A stretch of 64,000 bases of DNA, taken from the NCBI RefSeq assembly GCF_963921235.1, contig NC_086097.1, positions 62,312,001 to 62,376,000 on the forward strand, written 5' to 3'. A program made the translations under genes and the position numbers. This DNA is from Mobula hypostoma (lineage: Eukaryota). Positions 38,001 to 51,290 of the stretch are shown here, in pieces (positions within the stretch are counted from its first letter, which is position 1; each line of letters opens with the position of its first letter). Under the pieces are notes generated by a model. That model was not told the DNA's origin. It did no database searches and was given only the letters and a program-made list of their open reading frames with translations.

Positions 38001-38790
38001 TCTGCCTACCTTCCTGTCCTTCCGATACACCGTGTATCCTTGGACGTTCAGCTCCCAGAGACATGCATCCTTTAGCCACGACTCAGCGATGGCCACAATA
38101 TCATACCTGCCAATCTGTAGCTGTACGACAAGATCATCCACCTTATTCCTTATGCTACATGCATTTAAGTATAACACCTTAAGTCCAGTATTTGGTACTT
38201 CTCACTTTGATTGCACTGCAACTCGTCCCAATGGCCGCAAATTTTCCCCATCACCTGCCTGTCCTTCCTGACATCTTTACTACTCACTATCTTAGATTTA
38301 TTTCTGTTTTTCCCCTCCTCTGCTCTATCATTCCGGTTCCCATGCCCCTGCCAAATTAGCTTAAACCCTCCCTAACAGCTCTATTAAACCTTCCCGCCAG
38401 GATATTGGTCCCCTTCAGGTTCAGGTGTAACCCACCCTTTTTGAACAGGTCACACTTCCCCCAGAAGTTATCCCAATGATCCAAGAATCTTAAGCCCTGC
38501 CCCCTACCACACATTCATCTGCCTGATCCTACTACTCTTGCCCTCGCTAGCACGTGGCACAGGTAGCAATCCCGAGATTACTACCCTGGAGGTCCTGCTT
38601 CTCAGCTTCCTTCCTAACTCCGGGAAATCTCTCTTCAGGACCTTCTCCTTTTTCATATCTATGTCATTGGTACCAACATGTACCAAGACAACTGGCTGCT
38701 CACCCTCTCCTTTCAGAATATTCTGGACCCGATCCGAGACATCCCATACCCTGGCACCTGGGAGGCAACACACCATGCGGGTATCTCTAT
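35093..38790 (-). mobile_element. Relatively young CR1 LINE (ORF1 esterase part, ORF2 EN and RT), internal deletion near 36960, Rex insertion
   Basis: ORF1 VCCLPGARV...HVGTNDI (SGNH-like); LYLNACSIRNK, VIYRPP, GDFN, PQGSVLG, VRPHLEYC. Confidence 0.95.
35713..36282 (+). mobile_element. Rex1/Babar-type LINE 3' end inserted in CR1
   Basis: AAKIIKDTTHPANTLFVPLPSGRRLRSL...NSFFP; (TAAAGTA)n tail; 7-bp TSD TATTCCT (35706-35712 and 36283-36289). Confidence 0.88.
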
Positions 38791-39899
38791 CATGAATAAA
38801 AACAATTCAAAATTCCAGCGTTCTGTTTAGATTCCAAATCTCAAATATCAAATGAAAACTAAATTCCTGTTTAGTTAGAGTCAGTGAGATTTATCAGAAT
38901 AATCTTTATTACTCCAATTTCTCTACCTAATTAGATCTACTGTTATTCCCTATTTAAAGGTTTACAGACTAACAATTTCCTTTCTATTTATCCCCCGTTA
39001 GAAAACTAATTGAATTCCTATTCCTAAGTACTATGATCAACTTCAGTTTCAGTTCAAGTCGGTATATTTACAAATTCAAAAATTACATATATAATCTCAT
39101 GACTTTCTCCAGCATCACAACTTTTAAACAAAGTAAATCTTGTTCAGTAACTTAACAAACTCTTTACAAAAATAATCAGTTTTTGCAGTTCTTCTATTTC
39201 AAAATAACTCAGTATCAAATTGTCATTTCCAAACATTTCTCAGTTACAACACTACTGAACGTATTTCACACACAAATTATACACTCGGGACAGTAAAAGT
39301 GCTTTAACTCAACAAATCCCTTGGTATGATTTAACAGAACTAATTCCCAGTTACACAGTAGAGATCTTGGACACTGGTCTCTGCTGATATTGTTTCACTA
39401 GAGCTGCTGCTTATTATAGCCAAAGCTTCAATAAACCTTTTATCAATATTGTCTCTCCTCCATGAGTTTCACCCTGAGGTTTTCAAGGGTAGAGACACTC
39501 ACTATTAATTCTACTTTTAACACTTTACATCTTTAGTTTCTAATAGTTTGCAGTGTTTTTCTCGCTTGTCCATGCCCGCATCAGCCACAACTTGTTCTCA
39601 CATAGCTTTTTGTTTCAAGTGCTTTTTGTAAAATTTGGTTTCATCCCTCCACGAATAGAGCTTTCTAGCATTACATCCTGGGGTTTAATTAATCTGGGTT
39701 ACACGTTCTCTTTAATGATACACGGGCCTACACTACTTTATAGGGTTTATTTAAATTTACTGTGTTTACTGGAAACATTATAACTACTGTAAAATATCTA
39801 AAAGGTATTCATTAAAAATGTGTTGGGATATTATGAAGTGTGATATCCAACAGTTCAGAAACTCCCACTCTGGCATGAGAAAAGTTTCAAGTTTCTAAT

Positions 39900-40510
39900 A
39901 TTGGTGTTTTAGGAGTTGGGATGTTGTGACGGTTTGTATAAGACATTGCTGAGGCCAAATTTTGTATATTATGTGCAGTTCTGGTCACCTAACTATAGGA
40001 AGGATATCAGTAAGATTGAAAGCGTGCAGAGAAGATTTACTAGGATGTTGCCAGGTCTTCAGGAGTTGAGTTACAAGGAAAGATTGAACTGGTTAGGACT
40101 TTATTCCTTGGAGCATAGAAGAATGAGGGGAGATTTGATAGAGGTTTACAAAATAATGAGGGGTACAGACAGAGTAAATGCAAGTAGGCTCTTTCCACTT
40201 AGATTAGGAGAGATAAACACGTGAGGACATGGCTTTAGGGTGAAAGGGGAAAGATTTAGGGGGAACATCAGGGGGAACTTCTTCACTCAGAGAGTGGTGG
40301 GAGTGTGGAACGAGCTGCCATCTGAATTGGTAAATGCGGGCTCACTCTTAAGTTTTAAGAACAAATTGGATAGATACGTGGATGGGAGAGGTCTGGAGGG
40401 TTATGGACTGAGTGCAGGTCAATGGGACTAGCGGAATAAAGTTTTGGCACAGACTAGAAGGGCCGAATGGCCTGTTTTCTGTGCTGTAGTGTGTCTATGG
40501 TTCTATGGTT
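39900..40510 (+). mobile_element. CR1 LINE 3' end
   Basis: LYKTLLRP...VQRRFTRMLPG...RGDLIEVYKI; (TCTATGGT)n tail. Confidence 0.9.
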
Positions 40511-41718
40511 TTACTGTAATTGTTAGAAATAATAAAATCAATAAGGTAAATAAGGTTTCAATTGATGGGGGATTTCCAGAACATGGAGGCATTATCTAAA
40601 AATTTAGGAGTGAATTCAGGATGTATTTATTCACACACAGGACTGTGGAGTTGTGAAATACCCTGCTCAGTGGGCTTTGGATATTGAGCTAAGCTGAGTT
40701 TTGTCAAAGGAACAGCAGAAGATCTTTATCATGGGGTGAATATAGTAAGGCATGTGGAACAAATTGTGTTGGTGAACTAATACAACCAGGATCCGTTTCA
40801 ATAGTGGAGAAGGAGTAGGGCCTGATCCTGTTTCCCTGATCTTGTCCCACCACATGTGTGCAACAGTTACAGTAACCTGGAGAACTACAGCCCTTGTCTG
40901 CATCTGGTTTGAAAGATAGCTGTCCCAAAACTATTTTGTTTTTGATGCTAATAGACAAATAAAATGTAATAACAAATTGTTTTATTTGATGTGTTCAATC
41001 CCAAAAGAAATGAAGAAGTAAATACATAAATATTTCTCTCTTGTATTATACATCATAAACTGTTTGTTATTGAACCACAGACATCTGCTAATAAATTGTG
41101 ACAGATTTTGCAGATACTGGAAGTCCTGAAGTTCTGTAGATGCTGGAAATCAAAATGCTGGAGGAACTCAGCAGGTCAGGTAGTATCCATAGAGGGAAAT
41201 AAACAATGAACATTTTGGGTCAACACTCGAAAGGAAGGGGACAGAAACTATGGCAAAATTATTGTGATTATGTTTTGCCAAAGTAATGTTAAGATAGCCT
41301 TTTCAGCAGCAAAATAGTAAAATGTCATGCAGTCTGCATGGACGCTGAAAAATGTGAACAGGAGCTTGTCCACAACTGTTGAATTTTGCTGCCTGTTATC
41401 AGTCATGTTGAAAAAGCCCTGAATTTCAGAACATAAAACAGTAACAATTTCTTTTACACTTTTAATTGTTTTTTACACTTACCAAATGCTTTTGAAGCTG
41501 GTAACAACATTTAACAATGCTAATGCAATTCTATTATAAAGCAGTGAAATACTGTTGTCCTAATAATATCAGGGACCTTAATTTCATTCTGTTGTGAATG
41601 TTTATTGCCCAAACTGATGTAGTCAGTTTCATCTCCCTAGAATTCTCTTGGCTTGATTTGGATCATAATTGTGAAGAAATTTTTGAGGTGGACTAATATG
41701 CAAGAGTTTGTGGCACAG

Positions 41719-41838
41719 CAAGGGTCTCGGCCTGAAACGTCGGCTTACCTCTTCCTAGAGATGCTGCCTGGCCTGCTGCGTTCACCAGCAACTTTGATGT
41801 GTGTTGCTTGAATTTCCAGCATCTGCAGAATTCCTGTT
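41719..41838 (+). mobile_element. Penelope 3' fragment truncated inside the hammerhead
   Basis: Starts AAGGGTCTCGGCCTGAAACGTCG without CTGANG and runs to CTGCAGAATTCCTGTTG. Confidence 0.85.
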
Positions 41839-41845
41839 GTGTGTA

Positions 41846-43350
41846 GATTATGGTTGATTGTTTTCATCTGTGCCTTGTTTCGGTTATTGGTGCACCTGTG
41901 CCTTGTTTTCCTTCTCTATTTAAGTTCTGTTTTATTCCTCTTTGTTTGGTTCTGAAGCTCTCTGCCCAGTGTGTGCTGATTTTTGAGCCCAAACCTATCT
42001 TCTCTACTAACAAATCACAAGTAAATATTCTTTGTTCACTTCCCTTCTTGTCTCTGGTCTCCTGTGTACCTGGGTCCACCTAGTCTAAGACTCTTCTTGT
42101 AGTTCACTGGTTAAGGATGCAGAACTCCACCATAACAACCCTAGTTCAAACCCAGCCTAGTACCCACCCCTTGTTACAAATAAAACTGACCCAGTGAAGT
42201 ATGAGCATCTCTGATCAGTGTTGGCCAGCCAAGAAGTCATGGTAGGTGAACATGAGTGTGTGCTCCAGCAGATTTTGACCATCAAGCACTCACTCACAGA
42301 GACCATCCGAGTAAGCCAGCAAACACTTGTTTCTACTCCCCCAGCTCCCCTCAACTTACTCCAGAGGAGCTGATTCAACTGGGCAAAATCTGAGTTTCTC
42401 CACCTGAGTAGGACTGGAGAATGAAGGAAGAAGTGCTGCCTCTACTGTGCTGTACTGGACTGCTTGTTCCCTGTCTCTCCTGACCTATCTCAGGTTTCTC
42501 CTGAGTGTGCAGACCTGCTAGAGGTTTTTGGGAGGAGGTAGCCCTTGGCATTTGTGCCTCATTGAGCCTATGACTGTGCCACTGAGTTGCTGCCTGAAAC
42601 CTGTCTATCCTGGGTAGATCTCTGCTGCCTGTCAACCTTGGAGGATTCATCTGAGATGCTGAGTGTCCTGTTTCATTTGCCCCTTCACAACCCCTGCCCT
42701 GCTGGTGTGGGTTTCCTCTTCATGATGAGAAAAGATGAAGTCCCATCTGGTTCATAGCTGGATCTAATGTTTAGTGAATTGGGAGGGTTATGGCCCAGAG
42801 GAGGAGTAATGGGTTCCTCTGGTGATATCCTGGGCCTGGACCTGATTGGGGACATCCTCTGTTGCCACCTGGGTTGTCAGCTGCCAGCCCTAGAAGAGGT
42901 CGAATCCTGTTATGTCTCGGTCTGGCTCACATGGGGCTATCAGAGTTTTCCAGGCTTCAGGATGACTCCTCCCCTGATTATTGGCTGATTGTTTTCATTT
43001 GTGTCTTGTTTTGGTTATCATTGCACCTGTGCTTTGTTTTGTTTTGGCTATTTAAATTCCATCTGTTTTGTTCATTTTGCTCAGTCTTGAGCTTACCTAC
43101 TCAGTGTGGTGATTCTCGAGTCCTAGTAGTCTGTGTTGTCTACAAACCAATCCTCAAAAAAATAGGTCCTTTTTCAATTCCATCCTCATGTCTTGTCTCC
43201 TCTCCACTTGGTCCACTAAGACTTTCCCGTTTGTTATGGTGATGTTCCATATTCTTAACTAGTGAACTCTCCTGGTCGCCCACTAGTTAATGATACAGAA
43301 TTTCACCATAACCCTGATTCAAACCAGCCTGGCAACCACCCCTTGATACA
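41846..43350 (+). mobile_element. Internally deleted Gypsy (chromovirus-like) LTR element: partial LTR1 to 42178, LTR2 42908-43350
   Basis: Diverged direct repeats (41846-41950 with 42977-43080; 42092-42178 with 43269-43350); TGTTAT start and TG(T/A)TACA ends; internal CLYC knuckle, PAGVGF and chromodomain-like scraps. Confidence 0.7.
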
Positions 43351-43489
43351 GAGGACACTTAATCTCTGCCATGACTACTTTGTTAAACATGAGATTTAGA
43401 GAGGTCCGGGTAGAAAAGAGTGTTCCTGAAGACTCATTGCTTGTAATATTTACTTTGCAGAGCATTCTTTTTTCACTCTAATTCCATCT

Positions 43490-45070
43490 ACATGTTTGCA
43501 GATGATACCACCAAAGTGGGCTGTGTCTCAAGTAATGATAAGTTGCAGAACATGAACAACAACCTTTCCATCAATTTTAAGCTAAACAAATGAGCTGGTC
43601 ATTGACTTCAGGAAGAGGGCAGTACATGTGCTCCTGTCTACATCAATGGTGCAGTGACAGAGGAGGGCTAAGAGCTTCAAGTTTCTAGGACTGAATGTCA
43701 CCAATGGTGTGTCCCGATCCAACCAAGTAGATACCATGAGGAAGATAGCTCAACAATATCTCTACTTCCTCAGATCTTTCAAGTTGCCGCTGGCAATATA
43801 CGGTGGTGTTTTGTGGGCAGCTCAATAAACCACTAGATATTCATCAAGATATACTTCTGAAATGTAATTGCTGCAATATGCATCTTGTAATTTCCCTTCA
43901 AGAAACGTACTTTGAACCAATCTAAATGAGCTAACAATATTACGATTTCTTGGAGAATGCAGTGAGTTTCACTCTCAGGAATGCAGGTATGGCATCTTGA
44001 CGATGTAGGTTGGCCACTGTTGGGACGGCCTTCGCCGGGGCAGATCTCAAGCCAGATTTAGGGATTGAGGCTTGAGAGTGGAAAGTGAACAGATGTTCAG
44101 CCCCATTACTTTGTGCCTGCCAGGATCCCCCACTGAGCCCATTCAGTCTGCTTGTGTTTGACCCATCTCCCTCTCCTACGTTTACCACTGAGCAGGCAGT
44201 GCAGGGGTCTTGGGTCCCTTGCCATCAGCTTTGGGATTAGTTGCTGCCCTGCAGCCACCCCAATTCCTGGAGTATCTTCACTTGCTTCAGTGCCAAACTG
44301 ACTCTGCATCCTGTGGACTCACTCTGCAGCTCGTGTTCTATGGATTATTTGTTCACTTTTGTATTATTTGTGCGATTTGTCTTTTGTACATTGGATTTTT
44401 GTTGATCTTTGTGTGTGTATGAGTTTTTTTTGTGGATTTACTGTATTTCTCTATTCCTGCAGGTGCCTGCAAGAAAATGAATATCAAGTTTGTATATGGT
44501 ATACATAATTTGAAAAAAAAAACAATTTTGAGCTTTAAAGAAATTTAACATGCCCCCATTGACCCTTGGGAATTTTTATCAAAGCATCCTATCAAATGCA
44601 CTGTAGACTGGTATGGCAACTGCTCTGCCTGTGACTGTAGACACAGATCAGCACGTCACAGAAACACCAGCCTCCCTTCTCTACACTCCACCTATGCATC
44701 TTAATGTCTCAGTAGAGTGGCCAACATAATCAAAAATCACACTCAGCCCTAGTATTCTAACTTTTCCTCTTTCCCATCGGGAATAAGATCTAAAGCCTGA
44801 AAACACATACCACAAGGCTCAAGGACAGTTTCTACCCTACTGTTATAGGACTGTTAAATGGTCCCCTGGTACAATAAGGACTCTTGACCTCACGATCTAC
44901 CTTGTTATGATCTTGCACCTTATCTACCTGCAGTGCACTTTTTCTGTAGCTGTTGCACTCTATTCTGCATTCTGTTACTGATTTATATAGTACTCCTTTT
45001 ATGCACTTATAGTGAATTAATCTGTATGAACAGTATGCAAGAAAAGATTTTCACTGTATATAATAAACCA
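43490..45070 (+). mobile_element. Decayed Rex1/Babar-type LINE split by an unrelated ~740 bp insertion (about 43780-44520)
   Basis: FADDTT, ELVIDFRK and QQYLYFLR before the insertion; LFPSG...TTRLKDSFYPTVIGLLN after it. Confidence 0.65.
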
Positions 45071-45654
45071 ATTACAAATCCAATTCCATGTGCGTGCTTC
45101 TGGGGAGAGGACCTTCAACCTACTCTGTGTAGCCAATTGTCACCAAGTCTCGACTTTCAGAAATAGGTAGCACCCATCTATGTAATAATAAAGGCCATCT
45201 TTGCATGAATATTTCCATAAGGCCTAGGAGTGGGAATAAGCCATTCAGCCCATCTATTTCAGCTGATAATGAAGCAAAGTCATTCACTGAGAGTTCCAGC
45301 AGTGTATAATCCTTTGATATAGTTTTAACAGTTAGAAAGATGGACATTTAGATATCCAGATGGCAGTGCTGGATCTGGAAATCATGAAATCTGTTGCAAA
45401 TTAGCTCACTGTACTAACAGCGGCTGTGAATGAACCTTCAAAGTCATGCATCCCAACCAGCTAGTCTTTGGAATGAGAGCAAAAAGCATCATCACAGGGA
45501 AAATATGCAAAGTCTACACATCACCAAACATCAGTATCGGACGTGGCTACTGGAGCACTGCAGCAGCATTAATAGTTGCACAACCAACATCTCCTGTGCA
45601 CAAGGGTGAATATAATATGGAAAAACCTTGGTCAGTTATCAGGCAAATACTATC

Positions 45655-46650
45655 TATACCATAAGATATAGGAGAAGATTTAGGCTCTTCAGCCCGCTGA
45701 GTCTGCTCCACCATTTCATAACGCTCATTCAATTTCCCATTCAGCCCCATTCTACCACCTTCTCCCCTTTGATATCTTTACTAAATGGGAAAATATCAAA
45801 ATCTGCTTTAAATATATCCAATGAATTAGCCTCCACAGCTGCCTGTGGCACTGAATTCTACAGATTCACCTCCCTCTGAATAAAGAAATTCCTCCTCATC
45901 TCTGCTTTTTAAGAGACATCCTTCCATTATGAGTCTGTGTCTACTGGTGCTACACATGCTCCCTCTAATGGAAACATCCTCTCCAGGCCCTCTCTATCAA
46001 AGCTTTTAATATCTAGTAGGTTTCAATGAAATCCCCTCTCATTCTCCAAACTGCAGCAAGACCAGGGCTAGAGCTATCAAATGTTCCTCACATGTTAATC
46101 ATTTAAACCTGGCATCATTCTCATGAATCTCCCCTGAATCCTCTCCAAAACCAGATAAGGTGTCCAGAAATGTCCACTATACTCTCTCTCTCTCTTAGTG
46201 CAGTCTAACTAATGTCTTATGAAGTTTCAGAATTAAATCCTTGCTTTTCTTTGCTAGTCCACTTGAAATTAATACTAATGTTGCATTTGCCTTCCTACTA
46301 CCAATTCAACCTGCAAGTTAACCTTTAAAGAATTCTGCATGAAGACTCTCAAGTCCTCCAATTTCTGAATTCACTCCATTTTAAAAAAATAGTTTAAACC
46401 TTTATTCCTTCATCCTAAGTGCGTGGCCATAAACATCCCTACATTTGTATACTAGCTGCAATTCTTAACCAATTCTCCTAATCTGTCCTTCTGCAGACAG
46501 CCTACTTCCTCAACGCTACCAACCCTTCCATCTATCTCTGAGTCACCTGCAAAATTAGCCACAAAACCATTAATTCTATCTAGAACATTAACACATAATG
46601 TGAAATGTAGTGGATCCAACACTGACCCCTGCAGGACACCTGTAGTCATA
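45655..46650 (-). mobile_element. 5'-truncated decayed CR1 LINE
   Basis: TGVLQGSVLDP...FVANFAGD; CCATAAGA tail. Confidence 0.85.
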
Positions 46651-47253
46651 TGACTGTAAGACATAGGAGCAGAATTAAGCCATTTGGCTCATTGATTAGC
46701 CATGATGAAATGGCAGAGCAGACTTAATGGGCCAAATGGCCAAATTCCTCTCCTATATCTTATGGTCTTATGATCTTAAAGGGACTTAGGAGTTGTCATG
46801 CAGGACTCCCTAAATTTTTACTTGCAGGTTTAATCAGTGGTAAGAAAGGCAAATGCAATGTTGACATTTATTTCAACAGGACTAAAATATATGGTTGGTT
46901 TATTATCCTTCCCAACTCCATTCTCCCCTTAACCTCCAACACCCTGAGAAATCAAAAACATGCCAACCAATATACTCAATGACTTTGCCTCTACAGCTGT
47001 CTGTGGCAATACATTCCACATTTTCACCACCATCTGGCTGAAGACATTTCTCCTCATCTCTGTTCCAAAGGGTGTCTCTTGAATCTGAGGCTGCACCCTC
47101 TGGTCGTAGACTCACACACGACAAAATACATCCTCCCCATATCCGCTCCATATAGGACTTCCAATATTTGATAGGTTTCAATGAGATTCCCCCCCTCATT
47201 CTTCTGAACTTTGGTGAGCATAGGCCCAGAGCCATCAAACACTGCTTATATAT

Positions 47254-47849
47254 ATATACGCTCTGTCCGCCAGAGAAAGCAGGATCTCCCAGTGGCCACA
47301 CATTTTAATTCCACATCCCATTCCCATTCTGACATGTCTATCCATGGCCTCCTCTACTGTAAAGATGAAGCCACACTCAGGTTGGAGGAACAACACCTTA
47401 TATTCCGTCTGGGTAGCCTCTAACCTGATGGCATGAACATTGACTTCTCTAACTTCCGCTAATGCCCCACCTCCCCCTCGTACCCCATCCGTTATTTATT
47501 TATATACACACATTCTTTCTCTCCCTCTCTCCTTTTTCTCCCTCTGTCCCTCTGACTATACTCCTTGCCCATCCTCTGGATTCCCCCCCCTTGTCTTTCT
47601 CCCCGGACCTCCTGTCCCATGATCCTCTCATATCCCTTTTGCCAATCACCTGTCCAGCTCTTGGTTCCATCCCTCCCCCTCCTGTCTTCTCCTATCATTT
47701 TGGATCTCTCCCTCCCCTCCCACTTTCAAATCTCTTACTAACTCTTCCTTCAGTTAGTCCTGATGAAGGGTCTTGGCCTGAAACGTCGACTGTACCTCTT
47801 CCTAGAGATGCTGCCTGGCCTGCTGCGTTCACCAGCAACTTTGATGCGT
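47254..47849 (+). mobile_element. 5'-truncated Neptune-type Penelope-like element
   Basis: GIY-YIG C-terminal half (PVATHFNS...LEEQHLIFRLG); 13-bp TSD ACTGCTTATATAT (47241-47253 and 47850-47862). Confidence 0.93.
47756..47791 (+). ncRNA. Minimal type-I hammerhead ribozyme
   Basis: AGTC-CTGATGA-A-GGGT(CTTG)GCCT-GAAA-CGTC-GACT. Confidence 0.85.
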
Positions 47850-48154
47850 ACTGCTTATATATTGATCCTTTCATCCCCAGAATTATTCTTGTGAACCTTC
47901 TCTGGACCCTCTCCAATGCCAAAACATCTTTTCTTGGATAATGGGTCCAAAACTGCTCATAATGCTTCAAGTGCTGTCTGTCCGGGGTTTCATAAAGCCT
48001 TAACATTACATCTCTGCTCTTATATTTTAATCCTCTTGAAATAAATGCCAATATTGCATTATCTCCCTTCCCACCGATTAAACTTGCAAGTTAAATTTGT
48101 AGGGAATCCTGCATAATGACTCCTAAGTCTCTCTAAGATCATAAGACCATAAGA

Positions 48155-49724
48155 TAGTGGTCACCAACCTTTCTACGCCCAAGATCCCCTACCATGGCCT
48201 TAGTGAAAGGCAAGATCGACCTACTAAATCGTTTAGTTACAGACATGCGAACCAGGCAGAAAAGACCGGAAATAAAACCTTGCAACTCGGAAAAAACCTC
48301 TCTCCACAAACAGCCTTCCGCAGCGAGAACCACTATATTACCGTTATCTTAATTAGTATTACTTATTTTTATTATGCTCACATTAAACACCTTTAATTCT
48401 ATTTTTCATTATTTAATTTTATTTCAACATGAAAATAAATGAATAAAAATTGACTGTTGCACTCAGTGTGATGACTGGGACTGAATACTTTCTGCTAGTT
48501 CCCTGAAATTTGGCTCATAACTACAGAAAGTCAGTTTGAGACAGTCTGTGAGGTGTCTGTCAGTAAGAAAGCTCCTGTACTTAGATTTCATAATTTTCAT
48601 CTGTTGCAGCACAGCGTCCTCGCAAACCTCTTGACAGACTGAATATTTGAATGGACAGTTTCCTTTGTTAGACCGAATGTTGAACCTGCTACGTTGGTGT
48701 TTTGTATTGGTAAGCTGTTATTGAGACACGAGGGTAAGTTTCAGAGATACACAAGATAATGACACGGCTGTTTTTTTTGTTTCCCAGTTATTTTCATTTG
48801 GGGAATGTTGGAATTTAAAGGGAGAGAAGTGTTGTAATGTGAACATTATAAAGATAAGTTAACAGACATCCCACCCTGCAAAAACTCATTTCAGCGAGGT
48901 AGCACCATCAATTTGCGGGAGACTCCTGGAACTTCCAGGAGAGGTGGGATGTCTGCAACAGAGTAGCTCCTTAGCAGCTAGCCAGCTAATTTAACTAACA
49001 TTAGCTATGCTAATGAACAAATGACACCTGTTAAACTCACCTCAACATGTCTTTTACAGTCTTAACCCACCACGGGCAATAGAAGAGTCACTGTTGCAAA
49101 CAGTGCAGTGAGCAACACTGTCATTATTTTTGACCCCTATTAGGCAGGGGTACACTTTAGTGTAGTCTGGAGTGACGTACGTTTTATATTTTCTTTTTTT
49201 GGAACACTCTGCCATGGCACTCGCTCTCTTGCTCTCTAAAAATTCGATTTCTGGGATATTGTATATAATTTGTGGGCATCAGGAAGCCACTATCATATAT
49301 GGGAGACTCCCGGAACTTCCGGGAGAGGTGGGATGTCTGAGATAATACAAATTAGGATTATGGCAATACAGCAACACTCCTGCCACGAAAAGATGCCTGC
49401 AAAGAGGGTCTGCCCCAAGCCGCGGGGCCCCACCTCTGGTCCCTCCTACCATGGTGCATGGCGAGGGAGCTATACACACATGCGCACTAGGCAGAAAGAA
49501 CGGAAGCGAAACCCCGCAACCTGGAAACAACCCCCCACCCCTACAAACAGCCCTCAGCAGCGAGACCACTGCCACATCACCATCACCCTAATTAGCATAA
49601 CTTACTTTTATAATGCTCACATTACAACAGTATTTGTGTATTTATTTTTCATTTTTTTCAGGATCTACTGGGAAAGTCTCAAAGATCGACTGGTTGATCG
49701 TGATCGACCTGTTGGCAACCACGA
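48155..49724 (-). mobile_element. Non-autonomous hAT (Charlie/Buster-like) DNA transposon
   Basis: TIRs TAGTGGTCACCAAC and GTTGGCAACCACGA; 8-bp TSD CCA(T/C)AAGA; minus strand 48465-48603 encodes QMKIMKSKYRSFLTDRHLTDCLKL...QSSH*, a hAT dimerisation-domain end. Confidence 0.88.
48863..49339. mobile_element. MITE with 13-bp TIR and 6-bp TSD, copy 2, nested in the hAT element
   Basis: Perfect CAGACATCCCACC / GGTGGGATGTCTG; flanks AGTTAA and AGATAA. Confidence 0.88.
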
Positions 49725-51290
49725 CCACAAGATATAGGAGAAGAATTAGGCAATTTGGCCCATCGAGTCTGCTCTGCCATTTCATCGTGGCTAAACAAAA
49801 TTTCCTCACAGCCCTAATATCTTGCCTTCTCCCTGTATCCCTTCATGCCATGACCAGTCAAGAATCTATCAACCTCTACCTAAAATATACATAAAGTCTT
49901 GGCCTCTACAGCTTCTTCATGGCAAAGAATTCCACAGATTCACCACCTAAAGAAATTTGGCTAAAGAAATTTTTCCTCCTATCCATTCTAAAAGAATGCC
50001 CCTCTATTCAGGGGCTGTGTGCTCTGGTCTTAGACTCTACCACAATTCAATAGATTTCAATGAGATCACCCCACATTCTTCTGAATGCCAGTGAATATAG
50101 GCCCAGAGCCATCAAATGCTGCTAACATGACAAGCCATTCAATCCTGGATCATTTTTGTGATCCTCCTTTGAACTTCCTCCAGTTTCAGCACACCCTTGT
50201 TAAATTAAGGGGCCCAAACCTGCTCACAATACTCCAAGTGAGGCCTCACCAGTGTTTTATAAAGTTTCAACATTACCTCTTTGCTTTTATATTCTAGTTC
50301 TTTTGAAATGAATGCGAACCTTACATTTACCTTACTCACTACAATCTCAACCTGGAAATTAACCTTTAAGGAATCCTGCACAAGGACTCCCAAGTCCCTT
50401 TGCATCTGAGTTTTTGTATTTTTTGTCCATTTAGAAAATAGTCATATCTTTCATTTCTTCTATCAAAGTGCATGGCCATACACTTCGACACTGTATTCCA
50501 TCTGCCATTTCTTTGCCCATTCTCCTAATCTGCCTGAGTGCTTTTGTAGCCTTTCTATTTCCTCAAATCTACTTGCCCTTTCACCGATCTTCATATCGTC
50601 TGCAAACTTTGCAACAAAGCCAACAATTCCATTATCCAAATTATTGACATACAATGTAAAAAGAATTGATCCCAACACAAACCCGCGTAGAACACTACTA
50701 GTCACCAGCAGCCAGCCAAAAAAGGCTCCCTTTATTCACACTCTGTGCTCCCTACCAATCAGCCACTGCTTTATCCATGCTCGAAGCTTTCTTGTAATAA
50801 TGTGGGCTTCTAGCTTGTTAAGCAGCCTTATGTGTAGCACCTTGTCAAAGACCTTCTGCAAATCCAAGTACACAATAACACCCATTTCTCCTTTGTCTAT
50901 CGTGTTTGTTACTCTTCAAAGAATTACAACAAATTTGCCAGGTAAGATTTCCATTGAGGAAACCATGCTGACTACAACTTATTTTATCAGGTGCCTTCAA
51001 GTACCCTGAGACCTCATCCTTAATAAACAACTCCAATACCTTCCCAACCACTGAAATCAGAATAACTGGCCTATAGTTTACCTTCTTCTGCCTCTCTCTT
51101 TTCTTGGAGAGTTGAGTGACATTCGCAATTTTCCAGTCTTCCAGAACTATTCCAGAATCTAATGATTCTTGAAAGATCATTACTAATGCCTCCATGATCT
51201 CTTCAGCTACCTCCTTCAGAACTCATGGGTGTATACCATCTGGTCCAGGTGACCTATCTACCTTCAGCCCTTTCAGTTTCCGAAGAACCT
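49725..51290 (-). mobile_element. 5'-truncated CR1 LINE (RT and 3' UTR)
   Basis: NYRPVILIS, FVAKFADD, LVRPHLEYC. Confidence 0.92.

Larger units (their letters stand above)
46905..48138 (-). mobile_element. CR1 LINE fragment split by a Penelope insertion
   Basis: AFISRGLKYKSRDVMLRLY...; frame continues across the TSD. Confidence 0.8.
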
